Source: the human T2T-CHM13v2.0 reference genome, Homo sapiens. Taken from it: a stretch of DNA of 64,000 nucleotides. Made by a program: the position numbers and the translations under genes. The notes under the pieces were generated by a model. The model made no database searches. It was given only the letters and a program-made list of their open reading frames with translations, and was not told the DNA's origin. Numbering within the stretch: position 1 is the first letter of the stretch; the number at the start of each line of letters is the position of its first letter. The stretch is from the NCBI GenBank assembly GCA_009914755.4, contig CP068257.2:27424001-27488000 (forward strand), written 5' to 3'. This document shows, one piece after another, positions 41,148 to 59,586 of this stretch.

Positions 41148-41898
41148 ACATTTAACATTTTTATCAGTGACTTAGATGATGATATAAAACAATAGTATCT
41201 AATTTTTCTTGATTATGTGTCAGTAAAAACTTGTAAGTGTTCACTTCAAATATATATATTTATTTATAAGTTAACACATGTGCCAGTGTTAATCTATTAA
41301 CTAATAGTGACTTACTTTCATTCATTCTTTAGATTTAAAAAGTTACAAATAGAAGTTCCATTATTTTTTCACCTGAATCCCAAAGGATTCTTATGTACTC
41401 TCTGGGTGTGCAAAACCCACCAACAGAGAAAGTGACTGAGAGATGGAGAATGTGGTGGATGTCACAGTCAGGATCTAAAGAAAGTACCAAGATTGGGGCT
41501 AAATCATGTAAACAATCAACATCCCAGGGGCACTGCTGGCACATGAATCACATTGTGGGGATCCTTGCAGAGGTGCCCTCTTTGAGCAGAAGAAAGACAA
41601 AGATTATCTCCTTCTTTAGGGAACAGAGTGTGGCGAACTGAGTCCAGGTTGGATTTCAGTCACTTCTCATCTGTGCCTCTTCTTGTGCAGTGCACAAAAG
41701 GTACAACAATCCATGGAGACCTGTGGCTTTCCATTAACAAAGAGGCCGTTCTTGGAATTTCAAGTCAGTTGACTTAACTGAGGCTCAAGAAACAGAAAAA
41801 TTAAGTATATGGTGGAAACAAGCCTCAGAAATAAGGCTAAATCTCAGCTTTTTAAGACATAGATCACACATTTGGCCAAGATATCAAGACTGACTTGA

Positions 41899-42063
<165 letters not shown>

Positions 42064-42745
42064 TGATTCTATGACCTTCTTGTTTTCATCTTTTTAGCCC
42101 CAAAAGGGGGGAGACTAGGTTCCCTTTTTAAAAGTGTGGACTGGATAAATGACTCAATTCTAAAGAATAAAATATGACGGAATATGTATAATTAGGTCAT
42201 AGAATGCCTCATGGCTTCTTTCTTATTCTCTCTTGGATTATGGACTCTGGGGGAAGCTGCCATGTGGTGAGGGCACTCAAGCAACCCTATAGAGGGGTCC
42301 ATGTAATGAGGAACTCAGGTCTCCTGCTAACAGCCATGTAAATGAGTCATCTTGGAAGCAGATCCTCCAGCCTTGGTCAAGCCATCACAGGACTGCTGCC
42401 CCCACCAGCTAACAGATCGATTGCAACTGCGGGACAGACTCTCAGCCAGAACCACCTAGCTAAGCTGCTCCCAGATTCTTGACCCATAGAAACTGTGAGA
42501 GGTAATGGGTATTTGTTATTTTAAGCTAGGGGTTGGCAAAGTACTGCTCCAAGGCCAAATCCAGTCTGCAGCCTGTCTTTGTAAATAATGTTTTATTGGG
42601 ACAAAGCCATGTCTGTTGGTTTATATAGTGTCTATGGCTACTTTCCCATTACAACAGCACAGTTGAGTAATTGTGATAGCAACTATGTGACCCACAAAGC
42701 TGAAGATGTTTACCATTTGGCCGTATGTTACAGAAGGAAGGTTCA

Positions 42746-42880
<135 letters not shown>

Positions 42881-42886
42881 ATTACA

Positions 42887-43370
<484 letters not shown>

Positions 43371-45596
43371 GGCAATTCCTGTTTTAAGCTTTTGGAGTAA
43401 TTTTTTTTTTCTTGCACAGCAGTAGATACCTAATATGGAGGAAACTGACAATGCTTTAATTTGTGTTGAGAGCACCCAGCAACACAAACTCTTGCCATGA
43501 TGTTGTTTACTTTTTTCCCCTTCTTGATACATATTTGTTTTGTTGTAGTTTGTGTGTTTTTTGTTTGTTTGGTTTTTTGCAAATCAGTATCAGGCCTTGT
43601 GTCCCATGAGGCTCTGCTGCTCAAAGGGTGGTCCTTGGTCCCAGCAGCATCAGCACCAGCACAGACAACCCTTTAAAAACAACAGACATTTTTTTTTTCT
43701 CGGGGTTTTTTCTGTTCTCATTTCAAAACTATTCTTCATTTCTCCTCTTGGCAAGAGCTGTGGTTTACATGTAAACTATTGCTGTCTCTGCAGAAGAAAA
43801 TCACTTTCCCTACCTTTAAATGAGTTGACTTCTCATTCCATTGTTCGTGGCCTGTGTTGGTGATGCCTGTAGTAGTTGTTTCATTTCCAGTTGCATGGTG
43901 GACAGAACAATAAGCAAATCCCCCACGTGGAGGCAAGCTTTGCTGTTTTCAATTCTGTGCTAACCAGCCTTACGCACATGCTGTGAATTTGAGAACCTCC
44001 TTTGCCGAAGCCGGGAAAGCTTGTCTGGATTAGAAAAGTCCTCCATAGAAACCTGACACTGTCCTGAGCTGGAGTATTTGGAATCACACACAGGAAAGGC
44101 TGGGTATTTGCTGACCTGCCTGAATGGCAGAATGTGTGTGCGGTTGTCTCCAATTACAGCACTCCAGGAAGCATCACCCCAAAAGTGCGCTTGCTATGAA
44201 CCACAGCGTGTCCTTCGGCTAATCCTCGTTAGCTGAGGTGGATTCTCTTTCTACATGTACCCTCTTTTCGAAGTGGTATCCTTCCTGCAGTCTTTTCATG
44301 CCTTGGCCTAAGACTCTGGACACAGGCCTAGCTTTGCCCCCACCAGATCCATTCGATAGTTTTTCATGAATCACCAGCTCTCCTGGAGAAACTCAGGGTT
44401 CTAATTATTGAAGAACCATGCATAGGGAACTGGAGATAAGCCACGGGTAAGACTTTCCCACATGTTTCCTAAAAAGGGAAGAAGGTCTCATTGGAAGCCC
44501 CCTAACATTCAAATGGCAGGAGCTGTCTGATTTCCACCCAAGAATCCAGCTCTGAGTTAGTGGTGGGATCTAATCACCAATCATTCTCTGGGCAATTCCT
44601 CATTTTTTGCTTTCCGTCTACAATGACCCCATCACTGGAAGTGGAGCTTGCCCTGGGGAATGCTATATTGAAAAAGGCCTTGCTCTCTGATCTTTCTCAG
44701 TCCTCCTACAGGTGATCGTTCATTCTCTTCCTCCGCCTTCCCATGCCATGCTGATGATTAACATTCAACAGATCTGATTCTGCCCTGCCTTCTTCCTGTT
44801 GCTCATTCCACTGAGCCTCTCGAGCTCTGAGCTGAAAACCAAGATGATAAGGATGAGGTCTTTGGCCTCAGGGAGGAGCTTCCTGCTTAGTTATCCAGTT
44901 ATACCTATAAAGGAATAATCCTAGTACTGTGTGATTAATGATCTAAAGGACATTCAAGAGCTATGGGATCCTTGAGGAAGGAGTGTGTAATTATTTATCT
45001 GGAGAAGTGGGATGGGGCAAGAGATTCCAGGCAGTGGGAAAAAACATACCAGATAGAGGCACAGGGCCATGAAACCACATGGGGAAGAGCTTATAAGCAG
45101 TTCCTTCAGAGAAACAGTCTTTTCATAAATCTCGTCTTAGAAGCTCTGTGTGGAAGGGGCCAGTGGGGGAGGAGGGGCAGTGACATTCAAGAGCGTTTTA
45201 AATCACCTCCCCACATTGTATGGGACTAAGGTGAGTCCTGTCTGGAGTTGATGCTTGGATAGAAAAAATGCATATGATCCTGTACTCTGACTGTTGGAAG
45301 AGGGCTACATAGAGGGAGACAGAAAAAAATTCTACTCCTTATGAATTCTTTTTCTTAAAATGTTGCTGAAGGTAGCTCTACAAAATTAATCCCTGGCCAG
45401 GTCTTGCATGGTTCCTGGCCTTTTCTTCACAAAATTGAGACCCCATGAACCTCCCTGTCTTCTCATCTATAGGCTCACACTAATCCCTAGGCTCTAAGAT
45501 CAAGCCAGACTGGGGTATAAGTAACCTATATGGAATTTCCACACAAATCAGGAAAAGGCATCTTCTTCTGTGTGGTCCAGGGCATGTCAAGGATAA

Positions 45597-45866
<270 letters not shown>

Positions 45867-46473
45867 AAAAAGGCAGTACTTCCGAAGAAAGAGGCACCTA
45901 CTTCTTTAGGAAGATAGACTCCAATAATGGGGTTATGGCTTGGAGAGCATTGCTGAGCTGGGTTTTATCCCCATCCACTTCTCTCAGTCTGGGGCCCTTG
46001 CACTGATCACAATCTGTACAACCACGTGTGCCAGTTCGGGAACATGACCTCTGGCCAGAAAGTTTTAAGGATCAGACATGAGTTCAGTATTGAAAGGTTT
46101 AGAATTGAGTCACTGCTGCCACTAGTCCCTCTCTAGCCTGATGTCCCAGCTCTGAGCAGTGGGGCTTTGTCTCTGCGTCTCAGACTAGTTTCTGCCTTGT
46201 TATGGTTCTGCACACAGAGCCTCATGTGGCCAAGCTGTTGGAGCAGGCCTCTGCCCTACTCTCCGCCCCTAGCCCCATCCTGAACACTTGTCTATTCTGC
46301 CAGTCCTTGAAGCACAGGATCTTGCTCTTTCTGATAGCTTTGTCCAATTCTGTCCAAGCTGCGGCTTGTTGGGGAAGAAAGAAGGCAGGCCTGTGTAGGG
46401 CTTTAGGGCTGACTGCTAAGAGAAGGAAGATGGCTGGCATTCAAAGTCTGGGGTGTATTAAAGTCTGACTTAG

Positions 46474-46777
46474 GCCAGGCGTGGTGGCTCACGCCTGTAA
46501 TCTCAGCACTTTGGGAGGCCGAGGCGGGTGGATCATGAGGTCAGGAGTTCAAGACCAACCTGGCCAAGATGGTGAATCCCCGTCTCTACTAAAAATACAA
46601 AAATTAGTCGGGCATGGTGGTGGACACCTGTAATCCCAGCTACTCAGGAGGCTGAGGCAGAGAATTGCCTGAACACAGGAGGCGGAGGTTGCAGTGAGCA
46701 GGGATCTCGCCACTGCACTCTAGCCTGGGCAACAGAGCGAGACTCCATCTAAAAAAAGGAAAGAAAGAAAACAAAAA
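46474..46777 (+). mobile_element. Alu with TSD aagtctgactta
   Basis: ggccaggcgtggtggctcacgcctgtaatctcagc...gagactccatctaaaaaaaggaaagaaagaaaacaaaaaa. Direct repeats are at 46462-46473 and 46778-46789. Confidence 0.92.
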
Positions 46778-47519
46778 AGTCTGACTTATAAAGAAAATTG
46801 GTCTAAGATGAAGGATGAACTCTCAGGAACAGAAAGCAACAGTATAGAGACTGCCGGCAGCCCAAACAAGAGTGATTTCCCTTTTGTGATCCTATTTTGT
46901 TTCCGCAGGAAAAGTGGTGTAAGTGAATCATGATAATCCTATTTCTTTCTGCAGTGATTTAGGGTAGGCCTGTGCCCTGGTTCTGGGGAAGTCTAATGAG
47001 AGCCTCTGGGAAAGATTTTCTTCCCTTGCCACCCCCACCTGTCTTTGGAAGTTGTCACGTGGGGATGTGGTATCTTGAGCTGCAGCAGCCATGTTGAGAC
47101 CATGAGCGAATAAAGTTATGAAAAAAATAGGGACACTAAAACAAAGTGTTGACTTTATTGAACTGCTACATTAATCAATCCTGTCTCTGGACTTCTTGTT
47201 ATGTGAGAGGATAAATGTCCATTGGTTAAACTATTTTTGTTGAGTATTCTATTAAAGGTTAGTGAAAATAACTGATATGGAAATTATTGTTTGCTAGGCA
47301 TTGTGCTGCAACTTCATAATATTCATGACAACTCTATGCAGTATGTCTTGCTGTTATCTCTCTTTTTGTATATGAGTAAACTGAAGTTCAGAAATGTATT
47401 TTGCCCAACAACATTGCAAGGAACATACTTATTTACATATATTTTGATAAATGGGATTAGTTATTTTCTTGAGTTAATTTCTTAGGAAGGAAACTACGAG
47501 CTTGAAGAGTATACATATT

Positions 47520-47900
47520 GTTATTGATTAAATGTCTGTGTCCCCCTAGAATTCATATGTTGAAGTTCTTACCCTCATTGTGACTGTATTTTGAGACAGG
47601 GTCTTTAGGACCTAATTAAATAAAGTCGTAAGAGTGGGACCCTGATCAGATAGGCTTAGTGTCCTTATAAGAAGAGATACCAGATAGCCCCCTCTCTCCA
47701 TGCGCACACAAAAAAGAGGTCATGTGAGGACATAGCAAGAAGGTGGTTGTCTGCAAGCTACGAAGAGAGCCCTCATCAGGAATGGAATCAGCTAGCACCT
47801 TGATCTTGGACTTCCTAGCCTAGAACTGTGAGAAATAAATTCCTGTTGTTTAAGCCCTCTAATTTATAGTATTTTCTTATGGCAGCCTAAGCTGACTAAA
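47520..47900 (+). mobile_element. MaLR-like LTR (MLT/MST-type)
   Basis: gtccccctagaattcatatgttgaagttcttaccctcattgtgactgtattt...tccttataagaagagat...catgtgaggacatagcaagaaggtggttgtctgcaagc...caccttgatcttggacttcctagcctagaactgtgagaaataaattcctgttgtttaagccctctaatttatagtattttcttatggcagcctaagctgactaa. Confidence 0.55.
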
Positions 47901-49792
47901 AGGTTTTTGACACCTACTGCCAAATTGTCCTCCAGAAACATTATACCAGTTGGCATTCCTACCAGTAGTATATAAAAAAATACATATTTCCCTGTGCTTA
48001 TATCAGTACTGAATGTAACCTTAGAAGAACTGAATTTAAAGTGCAGTATACCTTACAGCATCTGGGTATGTTTGGACAAACCACTCCCCTCTCTGAGTCC
48101 CAGTATCCTCATTTGTCAAATTAGCATCATAATAATCCCTGTCTTGTTGGTGCCATCTCACAGCACTGTTGGGAGTTCCAATGAGATGAAGTATGAGAAG
48201 ATGTTTTGCAAACTGTAAAGGAAAACATAAGTATTGTTGGTGGTGTTATTCATCTCCCTGCCTCAGTAGAATAAACTGTAGAATGTTTAGGAGGTCAAAT
48301 GAAACAGTCAAAAATAATTTTGTAGTGTTCAGTCAGCTCCAATGGTGTGAAAATTAGTCAAAATGAGAAATGCATGAATGCTTTGGTTACAGTCTTGAAG
48401 GTCAACTTGAATCTGAATTCAATGTCGGCTGGACCCAAATAATTTTCTAGAATCAGAAAATTCTACTTCCTACTAGGTTGACATTCTTAACCTTCCTGGA
48501 TCCTATCAGAGAAACCTTGTTCATCATTTCATTTCCAAATTATGAAGACCACCTGGGCCTGACTGAAGATGCTTGTTTCTTCCTCTTCCCTAACGCCCTT
48601 TCCACCAGTGCGGACTGCAGGTATGGACATAGGGAAGGGTGGGTAAGTATTAAGTGCTATGAGCTCCGAGGAAGAAGAAATTCCATATATACAACCAGAT
48701 AGTGCATGTGTGTGTAATGCTTATTTTATGCCCATTTAATTAATGCCATGATCACTATTCCTTCTAGTAATTAATTTGATTTTCATTAGTAATAGAAAGA
48801 TAGATCAACTCCTTGAAATCAGAGAGAGCTTTAAAAAAATGCTCAGCCAGGAGGTGTTAAGTATTTCACTAAGTGTGAGACTTCTGGCAAAACCCCCATC
48901 TCAGCATTCGGTTGTTCTCTTTGTTAACAGTTGTTGGCAGAGATACAGGAATAGATTTTGACCAGCAATTCCATAAGTACTTTACTCTACTGAAATCCAT
49001 TTTTTGATTTATAAACTGCACATTTAATGTAAATAGCACATTATTCCCCTCGTCACAGAGTTGATATAGTAATGATGAATGTCTATAAGTGATAATTACT
49101 CTGCATTTAGGGTTCTCTGCATGATCTCGGCTCACTGCAACCTTATACAAACCTTATACAAACAGTTATATCTCAAGCTGGCCCTAGGCAAAATTGTACA
49201 ATGGTCTAATAAAGTGTCTTTTACTTATATCTTACGTTCTGCTGCTGCTTCTTATATATATACATAATGTAGACTCCCAGGAGTGGGATTTCTGGGTCAA
49301 AGGGTATGTTGAATTTGTCTTCTGTTATTGTCAGATTGCTCTCCAAGAAGACATTAATCTAGCAATGTGTAGTAGATTTCTCCTGCAAACCCACCAACAA
49401 GAGATGTTATCTATTTTTAGAATGTTATGAGTACAATGCTGTATAAAGTGATATGATACTGTGTACTTACTTGCATTTCTGTGACTATTAGTAAATTTGA
49501 GCATATTTTTACTTTTCTTCAAGCCTTGTATAACTTTTAACCATTCACGTTTTTTCTTTTACTATCTTCCATTACATCTACAGCAACCAGCCATTTTTCT
49601 TTAAACACAAAATTAATCTATTTTCCATAAATAAAAAACACATCCACTATTAGAACATATATTCATATTTCTTTGCCACCATATCCCTCCATCACTCACA
49701 TCAATTACAATTTTGACTAAAGTCATTAACTTTGAGGTACGTCTACTTTTTCACTTTCTGGAATTTCTATATTCAGATGCTTGGGGGACTAA

Positions 49793-50135
<343 letters not shown>

Positions 50136-50411
50136 ATCTCTGTACCTTTTTGTTCTATTTGCTGGTAGTTCCTAAACTTCATGTCCTACCCCTTCTATTG
50201 AATTTTTCATTTCTGCTTTCATGTTCTTAATTGTGAAGAACTTCTTTTTGTTCTCTGAATGTTTCTTTTAAAAATGCTATTCTATTCGTATTTCATGGAT
50301 GCAATATCTTAAATCTGAACGTATATATTTTAAAAAGAGTTCTCTCACTCTCAGCATTGTCTCTCATTGCTGTTTTTGGTCTCTGTCTTCCATGTAAAAA
50401 ATGTTCCTTGG

Positions 50412-50819
<408 letters not shown>

Positions 50820-51450
50820 TCAGGTGGGCTTATGGAGTACAGAGTGACCCCACTGTTTGGATTGGTGAGGAGCTGTATTCCCTACCCCTCCATTGTCCCC
50901 CTTCCCACTGCACCACATCAACATGTTTAGATCTATCTTCTTGTCCAAGTCTCTTGAGAAGAATCTTCATCTCTTGCCTGGAGGGTGAGAGCTTGACTGT
51001 TTGCATTGTGGATTTTGAGAAGGACTGGAAGTCTACGTGTTTTCACTTAATCCCCCTTAAGTCCAGGCTGGTGTAGGGAGACAGCCTTTCTTCCCCCTTC
51101 TCCAAAGAATGAAGCCTAACTCTGGGGTGAGGAAAGGAGGGTGGAGTAGAAAGGGATTGAAGAGTCTGACTGTGTCTTAAACAGATTTCAAACCATCCTT
51201 ATTTTAGTTTCTCACTTTGCCCCCACTTCCAGAGGCACCTAGTGCCTCCCATTCCTGAGCTTTTGGTGAATACTGTGTTGCAAATCAAGTTGATTCTTCA
51301 CCTTTCCCATGGATGACTTAAACCCACTGATGTGCTAAGCCAGCTCTCATTCTTATGTCTGCTTTCCAAACCCAGACTTTGTATTGCCTCCTCTCCAATC
51401 CTCCACGTCCTTAAAGCTCTGTCTTCTTTCATTGCAAAATCTTTTGTTAG

Positions 51451-51768
<318 letters not shown>

Positions 51769-52253
51769 TCTTTCATTATAGTTTTTGGAAGGACTGAAAT
51801 TAGATGCACTCTTCAATCCTTACAGCAGCAAATTTTTCTTTTATTACTTTGTTTTATGTGTCTTCCTTGCAATTAGTATTAACCTAGGATTTTTTTAAAA
51901 ACCCACTCTCTGCTTTGTAGTTTAATGATTGATGTATTAGATTTTATCTCATATATCTGACTTTATATTTATTTATTTTATACATTTTTATGTTATTTTC
52001 TTTTTTCCCTTTCTTTGGTAGGTTTGATCAAGTTCAGTTTCTTTCTTTTCCCTTGATAATTAGTATATTTTTTCATTCTGTGTTCCCTTCCTGTCTCTCA
52101 TAATTACATAGATCTTTCTTTATGATTTTTGAAAACAAGATACCAATTATTTCCCTAATCCAGATGTCTTTTAAACTTCATGCTTTCTCCCTCCATCAGA
52201 ATACATTTCTTCATTCTTCTGCCTTTCCTCCCAGCAAACGAGACCTTTGGAAA

Positions 52254-52528
52254 TTTTTTTTTTTTCTTTTTTTTTGAGATGGAGTCTCACTCTGTTTCCC
52301 AGGCTAGAGTGCGCACCACTGCAACCTCTGCCTCCTGGGTTCAAGCGATTCTTCTGTCTCAGCCTCCCGAGTTGCTGAGATTACAGGCCTGCGCCACAAC
52401 ACCCAGCTAATTTTTGTTACTTTTAGTAGAGACGGGTTTTGCCATGTTGGCCAGGCTAGTCTCAAACTCCTCACCCGCCTTGGCCTCCCAAAGTGCTGGG
52501 ATTACAGGCGTGAGCCACTGCGCCCGGC
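52254..52528 (-). mobile_element. Alu with internal deletions
   Basis: T-run gagatggagtctcactctgtttcccaggctagagtgcgcaccactgcaacctctgcctcc...gggattacaggcgtgagccactgcgcccggcc. Confidence 0.88.
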
Positions 52529-52802
52529 CCCATCTATCTATATCTTATTTTCTTTTCCTCTTCCTCTGTGCCTTGGAATTTCATTATGATTTAAACTGGC
52601 AGGTGGTTTGGATATAGGATTTTTGGATTGTGACCATTTTCTCTCAAAATTCTTTTCCTTCATAATTTCCATCGTGTATATTTTTGCTTTGTGCTTTAAG
52701 ATATTTATTCTATTAAATATTTTATGCCACTATTTTGGACCTCAACGTGGCCTTCCTTTCTTCCAACTCATGCAATATTAGTTGGGAAATTGTAATTTTT
52801 AG

Positions 52803-53265
<463 letters not shown>

Positions 53266-53494
53266 ATATAATGCCTACTTAAGCATCAATTGCTGGCCTG
53301 TTCAGTGTTGCTCATATGGTTCTGGTCTGCACTGGGCGAGGGCATTTGGCAATGAGGAAGGAGTGTGCTTGGTTTAGAATAGCAGCTTCTGTGGTTCTTT
53401 TTAGAGGTATCATTTCTGCCCAAATCTGGGGTGCCTTTTCATTGATCTATATTTGGGAGTTAAATAAAAGGAGAGTTTTATTCTAATTAATTAA

Positions 53495-54127
<633 letters not shown>

Positions 54128-54989
54128 TGATTTTTAAAATTCAAAAGCAGAGTATAGATGGAAACCTAAATGACGGCAAATAATAATAATAATAAACTCT
54201 CAGAGACTGTAGGGTGTAGACCAGGCCCTGGATTAATGGGAATGTCTACATTCCATCCCCTTGAGCTCAAATATTCTAGTCAAAGTGAGTCACCCAAGGT
54301 TACTTTCGATAGAAGGTGGGTGTGGAAAGACTTGGACAAGAAAATCTAGGAGCCACAGGAGGCCAGATGCTTCTCTCCACAGGAGACTTGACCTTTGACA
54401 CAGAGCCCTGAGGAAATCTTGACTGTTTTCTTTAGTATTTGATCCTCAGCTGATGCAAACCATTTATTTATGTTTGCCCATTGGACAGCAGGGGGTTTGG
54501 GCTGTTTTCACGTCTATATAAGGCAGTGTAGAGTGCTTCCTTTGATGTGTCCCGCCTCTGCTGTGGCCTCATCATGCCGGGCTAACTTGGTCTTCCCCAT
54601 GTAGGGCTCTGGATCCCACTCCTAAAAACTCTAATTTGAGGATCAGAGTCTGAAATAGCCCAAAAGGTATCCTGTTTAGCTTGTCATTTAAATAGCTAAG
54701 CCCCTGCTACGACCATTTAAAACCATCTCACCTTTCATTTAGCTAAGCAGTTCTTTTTTCAGATTTGGCTTGTTTGTGTTTTTCTCTATTCACTGCAATT
54801 CTGCATCTATAAAAAGCATTGATGGAAGGAGGAAAGAGTGAAATCAACATTCTTTTTAGTAGAGGGCCTTAGTTGGAATTGCAGAAATATCAGGGAACTT
54901 AGCTATAAAGGCCTCCAGAGTTATCCCTGAGTGCAGGGGGCCAGAGTGGTCACAGTCATGGCCTGGATGTGAAACTTGACTTCAAAAAT

Positions 54990-55090
54990 GACTAGCTTTT
55001 TGACCGTAGGCAGGTTATTTGACCTCCCTTTACCTCCATTTCCCCATCTGTAAAACTGGGGTGATAATAGTTCTTGCCTCATAGGTAGGA
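54990..55090 (+). mobile_element. MIR fragment
   Basis: ggttatttgacctccctttacctccatttccccatctgtaaaactggggtgataatagttcttgcctcataggtaggactg matches the MIR core (cttaacctctctgtgcctcagtttcctcatctgtaaaatggggataataatagtacctacctcatagggttg). Confidence 0.6.
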
Positions 55091-57534
55091 CTGGTTCCAT
55101 AGCTTCCAGACTCTTGTTCAAATCTCAATGAAATGAAAATGCTGGGCCCCTTGTTCACCTTTCAAGACGGCAGCAGCATAGCATCAAACCAAGTGTGGGA
55201 CCCCTCTGAGCATGGGCCCTGTGACACTTGCCAGGAAGCTGGCCCTGCTCGCAGGATCACTGTGAGAACTAAATTAATTATTCTATTTAAAGCCCTTAAT
55301 GTACTACCTGACACATATGCAGTCTATGTAAACATTAATTAAATCTAAAAAATGACAGAGGAGTAATCTGGGAACCAGAGAAATTGTTACTAGCTCAGAG
55401 TAACGCAGTGAATTGGTGGTAAAGCGAGCCTTGGATTCGATCTGTTCCGTGGCTTTCTGCATAGTTTACTTATGTATACTCTAGTGGTTTCTTCCGTGAA
55501 GCTCTTTCATTGAATCAGCATTTTTGAATGCTTTTCTATATCCCATGTGCAACAGTAAACAGTGGCGACGGGTAGTTCATGAGTTTTGTTTTTATTCGTT
55601 ATTTCTATTTCCAGTGCTATAGCAGGCTACAATAAATCTTCAGCTATACTAACTCTGTCACTGAACAAGCCATGAGATTCTTACCTTGTTAAGTCACATG
55701 AATTTAGAAGAGTCAAGTAAATGACATCTGGGATCTTGGTAGCAACACGTGAAGAAAACTTATAAGTACAAATATTTAAAAAATATAAATGTAAATATAA
55801 ATGATGGATGAGTTTTCTCGAGTAAAATCAGAGGATGATTTAGATGATCTGAAAGAAGCCTTCTAGCTCTAACATTAGTAACAGAATCACATGGGCCTCA
55901 ATTCTTTCCTACTGCCCATGTAGCCACAAATGGAAAGATCTCGTTGAAATGACTATTTTTTTTGTTCCTAATGTGTCCTTAAAGAAAATTATTAAAAATA
56001 TCTCAGGTCAATGACAGATAAAATTTTCCTAAAGTCTTCCTTTAAGAAACCCAAAGAGAGTACAAACTTCTGTCTGTATTCTGATTCATCTTCATTTAGT
56101 TTTTCTTGATAAACAGGGAATGTCATTCTTGTTCATTCTGAATTTCAGAATCTAAATTTGGAAAAAGAATACTAAAAGCATGCTAATTAGGCTCTTCAAA
56201 GAGTTCTTTAAAAATTTGAATATATAAATAATTTTATCATTCAGGGTGTGAATCAGCTATAGTTAGTCCAAAAAGCTTTTTAAAGCAATATACTTTTTCA
56301 TGTTCAGGAATGATTTCCTGATATATAAATAACTTCCATTGCCATGGTACTTAGGCCATAAAGGGCCCTGCAGAACACACTTGTCTAATTTGAATTGTTT
56401 AGATTAATTTGGCACCTGGTGAAATATCACTTTGATTCTAATTATTGTCATGCTCACCTTGAGTAAGGCTTTTTGTGGTTTAATAATGCATACTCTTATT
56501 TCAAACACAAAAGCATCTGTGAAATCTGTCTTAACTATCAATATATTTCTTCTATTTGACATAATTTAATTTAATTTAATATAATTAATATACATTATAA
56601 GATCCTTAAATCTCAAAAGAAGATAATCTCCTGTCCTTCACTAGAATTTTTCTGTTCCAGGAAAATGTCATTTTCTATTTGTGGACTCTTCTAGGAAATC
56701 TTCATTCCCATTTAGCTGGAGCGGTGATGGAAAGCTATTCCTTCTCTGATGGACTTAACAATGCTATTTCTGTATCTCATTTGTGAGGCTGGGCAGCCAT
56801 TCATTTGTGGTTAATACTGTAATTCTTAAAATGTATTTTTAAGAAGTGGATAGAAATATCTGATGCTCCATTTTAGTTTGAATGCTATCACTGCTGAAGC
56901 ACACACAAAACTGTCAGCAAAATGCTGTTTGTATTGGACAACTCCTGTGAATTGAAAGTAGCTAAGCTAAAAAAAGGAAAATTGACAGGTGCCTTATTAG
57001 GCCCCAGTGATTAGTCATTTTTGTGTCTGCACAAGTAATTGACACTCACTTCTAAACAAGGATTGTGCATTTGCATGCTTTCAGGAAGAAGTCCTGCTGG
57101 GTGATTCTAATCTACTATTTTAGGATGTGATGGCTTAATTTGAAAAATGTTTTTATGAACAAAACATGATCTCTTTCTTGTCACTTTTTTGAATGTCCTC
57201 AGGTTTCACAGTGTGATCAGGGACTGAATGGATTTTATTCGGGTACCAAATATCCGATGACTAAATGGGTTTGGCAGTAAAATTGAGGGTTGTGTTGGTA
57301 ACTACCTTCCACAGGAAGAAGAAGAGATTATCTTTATTCTGTTCTTTTCTTGACGACTGCTGTAAAATGTATTTTTGGTTTGTTACAAACCAGTTGAATC
57401 TTTACAGAATTAAAACCAGAGAAGAAATTCTGTGGATAATTATTTTTTTATTCAGGGACTGGCTCCACCTACTACAATTTAGAATTGTAAGAAACTTTAG
57501 AGAGTATTAATTTAATTTTTTTAAATTAAAAAAA

Positions 57535-57718
57535 TTTTTTTTGAGACGGACTCTTGCACTGTTGCCCAGGCTGGAGTACAGTGGCATGATCTCAGATCAC
57601 TGCAACCTCCACCTCCTGGTTCAAGTGATTCTCCTGCCTCAGCCTCCTGAGTAGCTGGGACTACAGGCATGTGCCACCATGCCTGGCTAATTTTTGTATT
57701 TTTAGTAGAGACAGAATT
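57535..57718 (-). mobile_element. Alu, truncated (lacks left arm)
   Basis: T8 gagacggactcttgcactgttgcccaggctggagtacagtggcatgatctcagatcactgcaacctccacctcc...tagtagagacagaatttctcc. Confidence 0.88.
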
Positions 57719-57786
57719 TCTCCATATGGTATGAACCCCCACAATCTGAGACAGGTCTCAGTTAATTTAGAAAGTTTATTTTGCTG

Positions 57787-58091
<305 letters not shown>

Positions 58092-58524
58092 GAAAGTTTA
58101 TTTTGTCAAGATTGAGGATACACCTGTGACACGGCCTCAGGAAGTCCTGACAACATGTGCCCAAGGTGGTTGGGGCACAGCTTAGTGTTATACATTTTAG
58201 GGAGACATGAGACATCAATCAATATATGTAAGAAGTACATTGGTTCAATCTAGAAAGGCGGGACAACTTGGAGCAAAGGCAGGAAGACTGGAAGTAGGGA
58301 TGGGGCTTCCAGGTCACAGATAGGTGAGAGATGAAGGGTTGCATTCCTTTGAGTTTCTGATTAGCCTTTCCAAGGGAGGCAATCAGATATGCATCTATCT
58401 GAGTAAGCAGAGGGGTGACTTTGAATAGAATGGGAGGCAGGTTTGCCCTAAGCAGTTTTCCAGCTTGACTTTTCCTTTTAGCCCGGTGATTTAGGGGCCC
58501 CAAGATTTATTTTCCTTTCACATT

Positions 58525-58948
<424 letters not shown>

Positions 58949-59290
58949 TGAGAGTATTAATTTTAAATCTCTCCCTTCCATATGAGGAAATTAAGGCTCA
59001 GAGACATTAAATAACAACATTCTTGTAGCCAAATGAGTTGAGACAAAACCAAGATGAAAGGATTTGAAGACAGTTTGATGCCATTCATGAAGCTAGAGTT
59101 CTCTTTCTTATGTCTGTGTGTTAATGGCTTTTTCCACTTAAAGGCAAATTGCTAAGGTGTTCCCCACCCCCACACTCCACCTCTACGTCATTTCACTTTT
59201 GACCCCACCTCTGAAAACATTGAATGTATCTAAATACATAATCAAATGAAAAAGTTTGACTTGGTGACTTTATTAAGAAAATACTGCCAG

Positions 59291-59586
59291 CTGGGCGCGG
59301 TGGCTCATGCCTGTAATCCCAGCACTTTGGGAGGACGAGACAGGTGGACCACGAGGTCAGGAGATCGAGACCATCCTGGCTAACACGGTGAAACCCGTCT
59401 GTACTAAAAATACAAAAAATTAGCCGGGCATGGTGGTGGGCGCCTGTAGTCCCAGCTACTCAGGTGGCTGAGGCAGGAGAATGGCAGGAACCCGGGAGGC
59501 GGAGTTCCCAGTGAGCCCAGATCACACCACTGCACTCCAGTCTGGGCGATAGAGCGAGACTCCGTCTCAAAAAAAAAGAAAAAAAG
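59291..59586 (+). mobile_element. AluY-like with TSD aagaaaatactgcca
   Basis: gctgggcgcggtggctcatgcctgtaatcccagcactttgggaggacgagacaggtggaccacgaggtcaggagatcgagaccatcctggctaacacggtgaaacccgtct... Direct repeats flank it. Confidence 0.93.
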